From Candidatus Nomurabacteria bacterium (GTDB lineage Bacteria > Patescibacteriota > Saccharimonadia > Saccharimonadales > HK-STAS-PATE-42), in assembly GCA_023898665.1 (NCBI GenBank), contig CP060233.1, positions 210,801 through 274,800 on the forward strand: a stretch of 64,000 nucleotides of DNA. Direction: 5' to 3'. This document shows, in pieces, positions 49,254 through 59,510 of the stretch. Under the pieces are notes generated by a model. That model was not told where the DNA came from, did not search any database, and worked only from the letters and a program-made list of their open reading frames with translations. A program made the position numbers and the translations under genes. How positions within the stretch are numbered: the first letter of the stretch is position 1; each line of letters opens with the position of its first letter.

Positions 49254-51041
49254 ATGAGTGAAGACAATACAAAAAGAAGAGAGATAGAAATTGCTGGCAA
49301 CATTACTGTAGGTGAACTTGCTGAGCTTTTAGAATTACCAGTTACAAGGCTGATTGGTGAGTTGTTTAAAAATGGGATAGCAGCTACTATAAATCAAAGA
49401 ATTGATGTTGATACAGCTCAGATTATTATAGATGAGCTTCAACTCAGCGTAGTAATAGTTGCTCCAAAAGAAGAGAAAAAAGTACTTAAAGAAAAAGAAA
49501 GTGCTGAAGAGAAAATAGACGAAAGCTCTGGTGACTGGCGGTTGCGACCTCCAGTAGTTGCTATTATGGGTCATGTTGATCATGGTAAAACAACTTTGCT
49601 AGATAAGATCTTAGGTTTAAAAGTAGCGGAAGGCGAAGCTGGTGGGATTACTCAGCACATTGCATCCTATCAGGCAAAACACAAAGATCGATTGATGACA
49701 TTTTTAGACACTCCAGGTCACGAGGCGTTTAGTGCTCTAAGGCAGCATGGAGCAGCTTTAACTGATATCGCAGTTATTGTGGTTGCAGCAGATGACGGGG
49801 TAAAACCTCAAACATCTGAAGCAATAAGATTTGCTAAAGAAGAAGGTGTAAAGTTAATTGTTGCGATTACTAAGATCGATAAACCAGATGCTGATTTATC
49901 AAAAGTAAAACAAGATTTAGTGAATGCTGGATTGACTCCTGAAGAATGGGGAGGGGATACTGTTGTTGTCGAGCTTTCTGCAAAAACAGGTGAAGGAGTT
50001 GATGCTCTTTTAGATATGATTTTTTTAGTCTCTGATGTAGAGGAGTTAAAAGCAGATTACTCCGAAGGAGCTCGAGGTTTGGTGATTGAAACTCATATGG
50101 CAAAAGGAGTCGGACCGCTAGTAAAAGTTTTAATTACTAAGGGTAGCTTAAGTCAGGGAGACAGTATTGTTATTGGATCAAGTTATGGTAAAGCAAGAAT
50201 CTTAAAAGATTGGAAAGGTGAAGATATTAAGAATGCTGGACCAACTACTCCAGTGCAAATTAGTGGCCTAAAGTCTTTACCTGATTTTGGGGAGACTTTA
50301 TATTCTGCAAAGAATGATAAAGAGGCAAGAAAAGCCGCTGAAAATGCTACTCAAGCAACAAAATCTTTAAGTATGAATAGCGAAGAGTTGCTTCGGGTAA
50401 TGAGCCACAGAAATGAGCTTTCTGTAATGCCAGTTATTGTAAAAGCTGATGTGGCAGGATCACTTAAGTCGGTAATTGACAGTATTCAGTTGGTAGCAAC
50501 TGGAGAGGTTGAAGCTAAGGTAATTGGCTCAGGGGTTGGTGATGTAACGGAAAGTGACTTAATGCTAGCTTCTTCGAGCAGAGCTACTATCTACTGTTTC
50601 CATGTAAATGCTCCTCAAGAGATTAAAAGAATGGCTCAAAATAATGGAGTAAAAATAAAAGAATACAAGATTATTTATGAGCTAATTGATGATGTTAAGT
50701 CTAATTTGAGTGATTTGCTCGAGCCGGAGATTAAAGATACACCGATGGGACGTCTTTTAGTAAAAGGCGTGTTTAGAACTACTGACGAGGAAGTTGTGTG
50801 TGGGGGTGAGGTAACAAAAGGAAGTATTCAGGCAGGTTATAGAACAAAAATCTATAGAGGTGAAGAAGAGGTCGCAGATGTTGAGATAACTTCTGTACAG
50901 CAAAAGAACCAAGAAGTTAAAGAAGTCCAAACTGGGACAATGTGTGGGCTTAAACTTAAAGTAGAAGATGGTAAGTTAAAAGTTCTTGAAGAAGATAGGC
51001 TTGAAGTTTATAAGAGAGAAGTAATAGAGAAGACACTATAA
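49254..51041 (+). CDS. infB: translation initiation factor IF-2
   Basis: RPPVVAIMGHVDHGKTTLLD, DTPGHEAF and NKID-like TKID motifs. Confidence 0.95.
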   Translation: MSEDNTKRREIEIAGNITVGELAELLELPVTRLIGELFKNGIAATINQRIDVDTAQIIIDELQLSVVIVAPKEEKKVLKEKESAEEKIDESSGDWRLRPPVVAIMGHVDHGKTTLLDKILGLKVAEGEAGGITQHIASYQAKHKDRLMTFLDTPGHEAFSALRQHGAALTDIAVIVVAADDGVKPQTSEAIRFAKEEGVKLIVAITKIDKPDADLSKVKQDLVNAGLTPEEWGGDTVVVELSAKTGEGVDALLDMIFLVSDVEELKADYSEGARGLVIETHMAKGVGPLVKVLITKGSLSQGDSIVIGSSYGKARILKDWKGEDIKNAGPTTPVQISGLKSLPDFGETLYSAKNDKEARKAAENATQATKSLSMNSEELLRVMSHRNELSVMPVIVKADVAGSLKSVIDSIQLVATGEVEAKVIGSGVGDVTESDLMLASSSRATIYCFHVNAPQEIKRMAQNNGVKIKEYKIIYELIDDVKSNLSDLLEPEIKDTPMGRLLVKGVFRTTDEEVVCGGEVTKGSIQAGYRTKIYRGEEEVADVEITSVQQKNQEVKEVQTGTMCGLKLKVEDGKLKVLEEDRLEVYKREVIEKTL

Positions 51042-51101
51042 GTATATTCTGATATACTTAAGCGTATTAAAGTTTAATTTTATCTAGGGAAAGAAATTAT
51101 T

Positions 51102-51848
51102 ATGGATCCAATTACAGGTGGGCAACCTCAACAAGTACAGCCAGTACAACCGATACAACCAAATCCGGCTGCTGCTAATGGGCAGCAATCAGTTCCTATA
51201 CCCCCAGTGTCACCTCAACCTGGAGCAGTTCCTGTAGCTCAACCTCAAGTAGGGGCTCAGCAACCAGCTCCCATGCCTCAACTTGATGATCAGTTTTTGC
51301 AAGAAGTTGGCTTAGGGGTACTTCCCGTTGAAGAGCGTCAGGGCATGATTGCTCAAATGAAGAAGACTCTGGAGACCAATGTTGGAATGGAGATTTATAA
51401 GAACCTTCAAGAGCATCAACTTCAAGAGTTTGAAGGCTTTATGCCACTGAGTGATCCTGATAGTGGACAGGTGATAACTTCTGAAGAGACTGCCAATGCA
51501 AATGCAAGAAGGTGGCTTGATGTTAATGTGCCTGGATGGGCTCAAAATCAACAATTAGCTCCGTATTTAACTGATCCTGCTAGAGTTAGGGATTTTGCAG
51601 CTATGAACTGGCTGCAAAGAAACTTCCCAGCTTATAGGAATGTGGTAGCGGCTGAACTCAACAAGTTAATGACGGAGGTTAGAAATAACGTCCCTAGAAT
51701 CATTGAAGCTGTTATGGGTCCTCAAAATAATGTTGGTCAGTCGGCACCGCAGCCTCAGATGGCAGCTCCTGAGCAAACTAAGCCAATGGCACAGCCTCCT
51801 GTTCAACCTCCAATGGATCAGCAACCTCCGGTTGCCCCTGCTGCTTAA
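51102..51848 (+). CDS. hypothetical protein with Pro/Gln-rich termini
   Basis: Low-complexity PQ-rich N- and C-termini flank a globular core; no family recognised. Confidence 0.5.
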   Translation: MDPITGGQPQQVQPVQPIQPNPAAANGQQSVPIPPVSPQPGAVPVAQPQVGAQQPAPMPQLDDQFLQEVGLGVLPVEERQGMIAQMKKTLETNVGMEIYKNLQEHQLQEFEGFMPLSDPDSGQVITSEETANANARRWLDVNVPGWAQNQQLAPYLTDPARVRDFAAMNWLQRNFPAYRNVVAAELNKLMTEVRNNVPRIIEAVMGPQNNVGQSAPQPQMAAPEQTKPMAQPPVQPPMDQQPPVAPAA

Positions 51849-51903
51849 GCTATAAGTAGTTCAATGGAGCTTATGCTCGATTCTCTCTTGCGGCAGAGCT
51901 ATA

Positions 51904-52530
51904 ATGTGGTGTATGGATATCGAAAGAGCAGTCATATTACATGGTAAGCCTAGTCCAGTAAGATTAGGCTTACCTGGTTATGATCCGAGCAGAGCAAACT
52001 GGCTAGGTTGGCTTGCAGATACTTTAAAAAACAATGGAGTTGAAGCTTTTTCTCTCAAACCAAAAACTTTATTGAAGCCTGACTATAGTGATTGGTTAAG
52101 ACAAATAAACGGTGTTTGTCATGGCAAAGGTCTTCAGAGAACTGCAATGATTGCCCATAGTTTGGGATGCGCAGCATACTTAAGATGGTTAAGTTCGCAG
52201 CGGAGTGTAGGTCTTGGTAGTTTAGTGCTGGTCGCGCCTTGGCTCGGTAGAAGAGTTGAGGATGGTAGTTTCTCTAAATTTTCTATAGATAAAACTCTTG
52301 GTCAAAGAGTGGCAGACATTGTAATAGTTAACTCTAAAGATGATTTGGGCGGTGGGGTACCTGAAGCTATAGACGAGATAAGGGCTGCCTTACCTCAAGC
52401 CGAGTTAGTAAACTTAAATGGATTAGGCCATTTTGTAACAAACAATAATATGGATCCTGATTATCCATTAGGAAATGGACTATATGGATCAACATTCCCT
52501 GAGCTAATGAGAATATTGGAAGATATATAA
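51904..52530 (+). CDS. alpha/beta hydrolase (YdeN/RBBP9-like serine hydrolase)
   Basis: Nucleophile elbow AHSLGC. Asp and His candidates (NSKDD, GLGHF). Start at 51904 or 51913. Confidence 0.6.
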   Translation: MWCMDIERAVILHGKPSPVRLGLPGYDPSRANWLGWLADTLKNNGVEAFSLKPKTLLKPDYSDWLRQINGVCHGKGLQRTAMIAHSLGCAAYLRWLSSQRSVGLGSLVLVAPWLGRRVEDGSFSKFSIDKTLGQRVADIVIVNSKDDLGGGVPEAIDEIRAALPQAELVNLNGLGHFVTNNNMDPDYPLGNGLYGSTFPELMRILEDI

Positions 52531-52535
52531 AAAGT

Positions 52536-53435
52536 CTAAACTCCTAGTATGTTTCTATAGCCGTTTAAGAAGTCTTTTGTGGTCATTTCAGGTTTGCCTG
52601 GAAGCTTAAGTTTTGTGACTTTTAAATAATCCTTTGAAGTTTTAAATGTAAGGGGTGATTTGTCGTCTTCTCTTGTTACCTCTGCTTCGGTAATTGTTAT
52701 TTCGAGCTCTTTATTATCTTTTAAGTTTAGTGTTAATTTAGATCCTGGCCACCCGAGATAAGCTCTGATCTCTCGCTCTAGAGTTTCTGTTGGTCTGGAT
52801 AAATCTAATATGGAGTCTTCTTTTTTTATTAGAGAGCAGATTATTGGCTCTCCGGTTTGCGGTTTTGGTGTAGGCTCTTCTTTTAATACTTTAATTATTT
52901 TTTGAGCACCTAGCTCACCAAGTGTATCAGCTAAATTTTGTTTTGATTCTGATCCATTAAGTTTTAGTTTAGTTTGGATGTAGATTGGTCCAGAGTCCAT
53001 ACCGCTCTCAAGCGCCATTATTGAGACTCCAGTTTCGTGATCTCCGTTTAATATGGCTGATTCGATAGGAGTTGGTCCTCGATATTTAGGCAGTAGTGAA
53101 GGATGGAGGTTAATTATGCCTTCAGGGAATATGTCTATAACTTCTTGGGGGATAATTTTGCCATATGCAGCGAGAACTCCAACTTCGGCATTAACCTCGA
53201 ATAGTTTTTTCACAAGATCATCTAGGTCTTTTGGAATAAATAATTCAATATTGTTTTTTTTGGCAAAGTTTTTAACCTCTAACTCTCTTTTATTACGTGA
53301 TTTTGTACCTTTTTCGCTTATTAATATTAGTTTGATAATATACTCTGAATCTAAAAGTGCATTAAGAATTGGCAGTCGAGTAGTGCAAGCGCTAGCTAAG
53401 CGTTCATTTCCGAAGAATACAATGTTTTTTGGCAT
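52536..53435 (-). CDS. fmt: methionyl-tRNA formyltransferase
   Basis: NLHPSLLPKYRGPTPI motif and a C-terminal Fmt domain. Confidence 0.9.
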   Translation of the reverse strand: MPKNIVFFGNERLASACTTRLPILNALLDSEYIIKLILISEKGTKSRNKRELEVKNFAKKNNIELFIPKDLDDLVKKLFEVNAEVGVLAAYGKIIPQEVIDIFPEGIINLHPSLLPKYRGPTPIESAILNGDHETGVSIMALESGMDSGPIYIQTKLKLNGSESKQNLADTLGELGAQKIIKVLKEEPTPKPQTGEPIICSLIKKEDSILDLSRPTETLEREIRAYLGWPGSKLTLNLKDNKELEITITEAEVTREDDKSPLTFKTSKDYLKVTKLKLPGKPEMTTKDFLNGYRNILGV

Positions 53436-54026
53436 TTATCTTTTAAATATACCTCTTTTTTCTACTTCTTGCTGGGTTAAGTTAATCATATTACCAGTGT
53501 TAGGATCCATTTCTTTAAAGTAGCCACCTTGAGCCTCAGTTAAGGCTCTGTCCATTATTATTAGCCCGTTGATATGATCGACTTCGTGTTGGATTACTTT
53601 GGCTTCGTAGCCCCTAGCTGTAAACTTAACTTCGTTTCCATCTTCATCTAAAGCTTTTACTTTTATTTTTGGGTAACGGGGCACTTTAACATGAACTCCG
53701 TGGACGCTCATGCAACTTTCATCATCTTGAATCGGGGCACCCTCATATTTTGTAATTTCTGGATTAATTAAAGCGTAAAAATCTTGTTTTTTGTAGTCAT
53801 TAAAATCGCTTCTGACTAAAACAACTTGCCATGGTTCATCGATTTGAGGAGCAGCTAAACCAACGCTAACGTATCGATCTTCGCCTTCTTCCCACTCTTT
53901 AAGTGTTGCCCGCATAGTTTTTAGAAGATCTTTAATCTCTTGTGAGTTCGGATCTGCAACTTTGCACTTTTGATGCAGAGTGGGGTGCGGATCTAAAATA
54001 ACCTTCTTAGCCTTAATCTGTGTCAT
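53436..54026 (-). CDS. def: peptide deformylase
   Basis: GLAAPQI, ESCMS (EGCLS variant) and HEVDHINGL motifs. Confidence 0.9.
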   Translation of the reverse strand: MTQIKAKKVILDPHPTLHQKCKVADPNSQEIKDLLKTMRATLKEWEEGEDRYVSVGLAAPQIDEPWQVVLVRSDFNDYKKQDFYALINPEITKYEGAPIQDDESCMSVHGVHVKVPRYPKIKVKALDEDGNEVKFTARGYEAKVIQHEVDHINGLIIMDRALTEAQGGYFKEMDPNTGNMINLTQQEVEKRGIFKR

Positions 54027-54046
54027 TAGACTATATTATAACAGAG

Positions 54047-56056
54047 CTAAAGAAGAGATAGTGGGTCGATGTCGAAGGTCCAATTGGTGGGAAGGTGGTC
54101 TTCTACTATTTTTAGGAGCTGGTTACGCTTGGTTGATTTGATGATTATTTGATATTGGTATTTTCCGTTAACTCTTTCTCTAAAGGCAGGGGACGGTCCG
54201 ATAATTTGTGGTAGAGGGTTTTTAATCTTTTCTTTTATCTCTTTTGAGAGTAAATTAGCCGCTCTTTTGGCAGAATCTTCGTTAGTATATTTTCCTGTTA
54301 GCTTTAATTGGTATCTGAATGGAGGAGTTAAGCTTAATCTTCTCTCTTCTAGCTCTTTTTTATAAAAATCTTCATAGTTTTCTTCTGAGGCGAGCTTAAC
54401 GGCAGGGTGTTTAGGGGCAAAACTTTGGATTATGACTCTTCCGTGATTATGACCACGTCCAACCCTACCAATAACTTGGGTTAATAACTGAAATGTTCGC
54501 TCAGATGAGCGAAAGTCCGGCATAGCAAGGCCAGATTCAGCTTGTAGAATTCCTACTAAACTTAATTTTGGTAAATCGAGACCTTTGGCGAGCATCTGAG
54601 TCCCCACTATAATATCTACTTTGCCTGATTTTAATTTTTCGTAGTTATTCTCAAGAGTAGAATCTTTAGTGGTATTGTCGGCGTCAAAGCGAGCGATTTT
54701 TGCATCTGGAAAAATTTTCTCAAGTTCTGTAACGATTTGCTTGGTGCCGTAACCTCTTAAAGTGAGGGTTTCTGATGAGCAGACTGGGCAGATGAGTTCT
54801 GGTTTAGCCTTATGACCACAGGTGTGACATCTTAAAGTATACTCATCGGCATGGAAGACGAGAGGGATGTGACAGTTGGGGCAAGAATTGATCCAGTCAC
54901 AAACAGGATTTACATTAGAACAGATTTGCATACGGGCGCTGCCTCTGCGGTTATGGAATATCATGACTTGCTCCAGATTATTTAGGGAGTTTTTTATGTT
55001 TTCTAAAAGTTCGGTGGAAATAATCTTACTTTTACTAAACTTATCTTTATCTCGAGAGTCGATAATAAAGATTTCTTTAGTCTGAGTGTCTCTGATATCT
55101 AGTTCTAAAATAGGGACATCTTTTTGAGTAAGAGTGTAGAGGTCAGAGACATTTGGAGTCGCACTCCCTAAGATCAATTTAGAGTCAGTTAATCTGCTTA
55201 ACATGCCTCCTACAATTACTGAGTTATATCGAGGCGAACTATCTTGTCTATAGGACTGATCATGAAACTCATCTATGATTGTTAGGCCAAGGTTATGGAT
55301 AGGTGAGAACATTGCGGAACGGGGACCTAAGACTATTACCGGTTTATCTTCTAAGGTTAGTTTACTGATTAGTTGCCAGTTTTTGGCTCGAACAACACTA
55401 GTTTGGTTTGAGTGGAGAGTTATTAGTGGTACTCCAAGTGTTTCAAAACGAGCAATGTTTTGCGTGGTTAAACCAATTTCTGGAACTAAGACTAAAACTG
55501 ACTTTTTATTTTTTATAAATTCTAGAGTGGAGTGGAGGTAAACCTCTGTCTTTCCTGATCCTGTAGCGCCATGAAGAACAAAGGATGATTTTTTATTGGT
55601 ATTATCTAGTATATTTTCTAACGCTGAACTCTGCTGTCCATTGAGTTTGTTTAATGATATTTTATTGTTTACCTTGGATTCTAAAAGAATTTGATTGATT
55701 CTATTGTCGAGCCATTTTTGGTCAGTATTATTGATAACTCTATTGATCAAATTTGTTGTACAAAAAAGCTCTAAAGTGACTCCTGGGCTTGATAAGTAAT
55801 ATTCAACAATCCATTTATATAGTTCAATCTTGTTACTGTTAATAAAGTTTTTATGAACGACTTCTTCGATGTTTTTAAACTTAAATTTTGGCCTAGGTGG
55901 ATTTAGCTCTACAACTAGACCTAGCGAGCTTTTCTTGCCAAATGGACATAGAACTAAATCTCCTAAATTAAGAGTATTTTCTGAAGAGTAGACAAAGGTG
56001 CTAGTGCCTTCAAACTTATTTTTAGTGGGAAATGCGACAGAATAAAGTTTGGTCAT
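54047..56056 (-). CDS. priA: primosomal protein N' (replication restart helicase)
   Basis: Walker A GATGSGKTEVY, DEFHD, a cysteine-rich zinc insert (CPNC...CHTC...CPVC), and QVIGRVGR. Confidence 0.9.
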   Translation of the reverse strand: MTKLYSVAFPTKNKFEGTSTFVYSSENTLNLGDLVLCPFGKKSSLGLVVELNPPRPKFKFKNIEEVVHKNFINSNKIELYKWIVEYYLSSPGVTLELFCTTNLINRVINNTDQKWLDNRINQILLESKVNNKISLNKLNGQQSSALENILDNTNKKSSFVLHGATGSGKTEVYLHSTLEFIKNKKSVLVLVPEIGLTTQNIARFETLGVPLITLHSNQTSVVRAKNWQLISKLTLEDKPVIVLGPRSAMFSPIHNLGLTIIDEFHDQSYRQDSSPRYNSVIVGGMLSRLTDSKLILGSATPNVSDLYTLTQKDVPILELDIRDTQTKEIFIIDSRDKDKFSKSKIISTELLENIKNSLNNLEQVMIFHNRRGSARMQICSNVNPVCDWINSCPNCHIPLVFHADEYTLRCHTCGHKAKPELICPVCSSETLTLRGYGTKQIVTELEKIFPDAKIARFDADNTTKDSTLENNYEKLKSGKVDIIVGTQMLAKGLDLPKLSLVGILQAESGLAMPDFRSSERTFQLLTQVIGRVGRGHNHGRVIIQSFAPKHPAVKLASEENYEDFYKKELEERRLSLTPPFRYQLKLTGKYTNEDSAKRAANLLSKEIKEKIKNPLPQIIGPSPAFRERVNGKYQYQIIIKSTKRNQLLKIVEDHLPTNWTFDIDPLSLL

Positions 56057-56170
56057 AGGTTTTAATAAATATTTACAGATTAGTAAATAAGATTTTAGCA
56101 GATGACGGGTGACAGCATATCTAAAATTATGCTAGCATAAGCTTATAGCTAGTTGGTAATCAAAAGAAAA

Positions 56171-57406
56171 ATGACAAACGAAAGAGAAGCTAAGTACTAT
56201 TGTGGTATAGATGTTGGAACAAATTGTGTCCGGTGCGTAATTGGTCGAGCTGCTGATAAGCCTGGTGAACTGCCGCATATTCTTGGAGTTGGGCAAGCGA
56301 AGACTTTTGGGATGCGTCGGGGGAATGTAGTTGATCCGGTGAGTGTGGCTCAATCGATTGATAGTGCCTTAGCGGAGGCAGAAAAAGTTGCCGGAGTAAG
56401 TGTCGATGGAGCTACTTTCTCTATAAATGGGCAGAATGTAATGACGCATAATTCTAAAGGTGCTTCATCGATAGAGAATAATGACCACGTTAGTAATAGT
56501 GATGTTAGACAAGCACTTGATGCTGCATCGATCGTACAATTGCCAGCAAATCAGAGGATGTTAGAGCTAATACCTGTTGGATTTAGTGTTGATGGAGAGG
56601 ACCAGACTCAAGATCCGGTTGGGATGTCTGGTAATAGATTAGAGGTGGAAGCAGTGATTATAAGTGGAGCAGAGGCACATTTAAGGACTTTAGAAAAAGC
56701 AATCTCTACAGCTAATATTAATTGTAATGGACTTCAGTCAGAAGTTAGAGCGGGAGCAGAGGCAGTGCTGACACGAGAACAGCGAGAAAGAGGAGTCATT
56801 TATATTGATATTGGTGCACAGACAACATCTTTGGCGGTTTTTGAGGAAACGGAACTGAGGAGAATTATTGTTGTACCGATGGGATCGGCTCATATTACTA
56901 ATGATTTAGCAATTGGTTTACAGGTTGAGGTTGATTTTGCCGAGAAGATTAAGACAGAAAATGCTGCTGTTGGTCACGGAGTAGATATGGGGGAGATCTT
57001 TTCAGTAGAATGGGACGATGAGATCCACCATTTTAAAGCTCGAGATGTAGACATGATCGTCAGGGCTAGACTTGAGGAGATATTTGAGAAGCTTGCTAAG
57101 GCTTTAAAAAAGATGGGGCAGCATTCAAGACTACCAAGCGGAATTGTTTTAGGAGGAGGTGGGAGTGCTATAGAAGGAATTGAAGAAGTAGCAAAAGATA
57201 TCCTAAAATTGCCATGTAAAAAAGCAGAGATTAGCACTTACGAGACTTCGACTGGTGATATTTTGGGCTTTGAATGGTCGGCTGCAGTAGGCTTAATGTT
57301 ATTTGATGATAGAGAATTTAACAGTTTAAATAATGCTGGGAATGGTGTTTTAGATCAAATTTTTGATCGTACCAAAAAAATCTTGTTCAAAGGAAAGAAG
57401 CGCTAG
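56171..57406 (+). CDS. ftsA: cell division protein FtsA
   Basis: Actin-like GIDVGTN, DIGAQTT and LGGGGS motifs. Start at the ATG at 56171. Confidence 0.9.
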   Translation: MTNEREAKYYCGIDVGTNCVRCVIGRAADKPGELPHILGVGQAKTFGMRRGNVVDPVSVAQSIDSALAEAEKVAGVSVDGATFSINGQNVMTHNSKGASSIENNDHVSNSDVRQALDAASIVQLPANQRMLELIPVGFSVDGEDQTQDPVGMSGNRLEVEAVIISGAEAHLRTLEKAISTANINCNGLQSEVRAGAEAVLTREQRERGVIYIDIGAQTTSLAVFEETELRRIIVVPMGSAHITNDLAIGLQVEVDFAEKIKTENAAVGHGVDMGEIFSVEWDDEIHHFKARDVDMIVRARLEEIFEKLAKALKKMGQHSRLPSGIVLGGGGSAIEGIEEVAKDILKLPCKKAEISTYETSTGDILGFEWSAAVGLMLFDDREFNSLNNAGNGVLDQIFDRTKKILFKGKKR

Positions 57407-57550
57407 ATTTTTATTGAATAAAAAGTTGTCATAGTGACTCAGGAAACTAGCTAGACATTGGCATTCGATTTGGTATAGTAAAGGCTAGTGAAACAAATAA
57501 TTGTTCGGACAATTAAGATCTTATAGAACTAAAAGAGAGGGAGATAGAAT

Positions 57551-58834
57551 ATGCCAGAATTACAAATTGAAGAACCACAGAGTTTAGCGGTAATAAAAGT
57601 ATTTGGTATAGGCGGTGCTGGCGGTGCTGCTATTAATAGAATGAAATCATCTGGTCTTGATGGTGTTGGCTACGTTGCTGTAAACACTGATGCTCAGGCT
57701 CTTGCTCACTCTTTAGCTGATGAAAAGATCCATATTGGTCGGGATACTACTCGTGGCCTAGGGGCTGGAGCTGACCCTACGGTTGGTAAAGCTGCTGCAG
57801 AAGAGTCTAAAGAAGAAATCCGTAAAGCTTTAGAAAATGTAGATATGATCTTCATTGCCGTTGGTGAAGGTGGAGGAACAGGTACTGGAGCTGCTCCTGT
57901 AGTTGCTGAAGTGGCGAGAGAAATGGATGTCTTAGTGCTTGGAGTTGTTACCAAACCGTTTAGTTTTGAAGGTGACAAGAGAAGAAGAAACGCGGACTGG
58001 GGAATCGAACAGGTAGAACCATTTGTTGATACTTTGATTACAATTCCGAATGATAAGCTTCTACAGACTATTGAGAGGGATACTCCTCTTGTGGAGGCAT
58101 TTAAATATGCTGATGATGTCTTAAGACAAGGTGTACAAGGAATCACTGATTTAATTACCGAAGCGGGATTGATTAATCTAGACTTTGCCGACATTAAGAC
58201 TATTGTTTCTAAAGCAGGCTCTGCACTAATGGGAATCGGGCATGCTTCTGGTGAAAATAGAGCTGTAAATGCCGCACAGCAGGCGATCGAATCACCGCTT
58301 CTTGAAGTTTCTATCGATGGAGCTAGGGGAGTGCTATTTAGTGTCGCTGGAGGAAGAGATCTCAGTATGCACGAGATTAATGAAGCCGCTGAAGTTATTA
58401 CTTCTGCGGTGTCTCCAGATGCAAATATCATTTTTGGAGCATCAATACGTGATGATCTACCAGAAGGTGAAGTTACTGTAACCGTAGTGGCAACCGGATT
58501 TGACCCATCTTACTTCTATTCAAGACCGAATAATGCTGGACTTACTGGAATGGACAGTTTAGATTCGGCTGCAAGTTCTATTGAGAAGCCAAAGAATTAT
58601 GATATCGATGAGGATGTTGAGAAGGTAAGGAAAGAAGTTGGTGACATTGGTAAAGACCTTGATAAAGAGGATGAAGAAAAGAAGAAGAGTCGTAAGAAAT
58701 CAATTACGGATGATGACGATGATGAGGACCGAGATGTAAGTGTTTGGGATTCTTCAGACGACGATGATGAGGACGACGATGACGACGAGGATAATACTCC
58801 ATCATTCCTGCGCCGAAGGTTTAAGAGAAAGTAA
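57551..58834 (+). CDS. ftsZ: cell division protein FtsZ with long acidic C-terminal linker
   Basis: GGGTGTGAAPVVA tubulin signature, NTDAQAL, and an Asp/Glu-rich tail. Confidence 0.97.
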   Translation: MPELQIEEPQSLAVIKVFGIGGAGGAAINRMKSSGLDGVGYVAVNTDAQALAHSLADEKIHIGRDTTRGLGAGADPTVGKAAAEESKEEIRKALENVDMIFIAVGEGGGTGTGAAPVVAEVAREMDVLVLGVVTKPFSFEGDKRRRNADWGIEQVEPFVDTLITIPNDKLLQTIERDTPLVEAFKYADDVLRQGVQGITDLITEAGLINLDFADIKTIVSKAGSALMGIGHASGENRAVNAAQQAIESPLLEVSIDGARGVLFSVAGGRDLSMHEINEAAEVITSAVSPDANIIFGASIRDDLPEGEVTVTVVATGFDPSYFYSRPNNAGLTGMDSLDSAASSIEKPKNYDIDEDVEKVRKEVGDIGKDLDKEDEEKKKSRKKSITDDDDDEDRDVSVWDSSDDDDEDDDDDEDNTPSFLRRRFKRK

Positions 58835-58865
58835 AGTTCACACCAAAAGTACCTTGTAAAAAGCG

Positions 58866-58875
58866 CTAGATCTAG
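58866..58875. promoter_or_regulatory. NrdR box 1 (core CTAGATCTAG)
   Basis: Palindrome fitting the NrdR core pattern CwAnATnTwG as I recall it. Its centre is 32 bp from box 2. Confidence 0.55.
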
Positions 58876-58897
58876 TTTATCCTTATAAACATAAGCA

Positions 58898-58907
58898 CTA
58901 TATGTAG
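58898..58907. promoter_or_regulatory. NrdR box 2 (core CTATATGTAG)
   Basis: Fits the CwAnATnTwG core. A tandem pair spaced by 32 bp upstream of nrdR-nrdJ. Confidence 0.55.
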
Positions 58908-58994
58908 TATTTATGTTCTAGACTATGAGAGGTCGCTCCTAGCTAAAAAGTTTAGATGTACGTTTATTAATCTAATAAAGATTTATTAAAAAAT

Positions 58995-59465
58995 ATGAAG
59001 TGTCCAAAGTGTCATGAACTTGGAAAAGACAGAGTTTTAGAATCAAGAGAATCCCCTGGATCTGAAACAATTAGACGACGTCGTGAGTGCGGTGAGTGTG
59101 GAGAGCGCTTTACAACTTATGAGCGAATTGAGAGACCCACTCTTTTAGTAGTAAAAAGGGACGGTAGTCAGGAGTTGTTTGATAGAAAAAAGCTTGGAGA
59201 AGCTCTTGTTAGGGCAGTTGGTAAGTTTTTTGCTAGTCCGAGTTATCTCGAAGAACTAGTTTCTGAAGTGGAAGAAGAAGCCTATAAGCGAGCTGAAGAA
59301 AATGCGATTAGCTCTGTTGATCTTGGTGAGATGATTTTGGATGGACTCGCTGAGAAAAACGAGGTGGCTTATATTAGATTCGCTAGTGTCTACAGAAACT
59401 TCAAAAATCTAAAAGAGTTTGAGAGTGAGTTAGAAAGACTCAAGAAACATAAAAATAGAGAATAA
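58995..59465 (+). CDS. nrdR: transcriptional repressor NrdR
   Basis: Zinc ribbon CPKC...CGEC, ATP-cone VVKRDGSQELFDRKKL, and VAYIRFASVYRNF. Confidence 0.95.
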   Translation: MKCPKCHELGKDRVLESRESPGSETIRRRRECGECGERFTTYERIERPTLLVVKRDGSQELFDRKKLGEALVRAVGKFFASPSYLEELVSEVEEEAYKRAEENAISSVDLGEMILDGLAEKNEVAYIRFASVYRNFKNLKEFESELERLKKHKNRE

Positions 59466-59510
59466 GATAAGTAAATCAAAAAATTAAAAAGAGGGTAACC
59501 AAATTTAGCT

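Noticed and set aside
48506-49303. 265-aa ORF on the minus strand
   Set aside because: It is fully antisense to rpsA. It is Ser/Leu-rich low complexity, typical of a shadow ORF opposite a real gene.
57706-58431. 241-aa ORF on the minus strand
   Set aside because: It is antisense to ftsZ. Its composition (Ser/Ala/Pro/Thr-rich) is that of a shadow frame, and it has no RBS.
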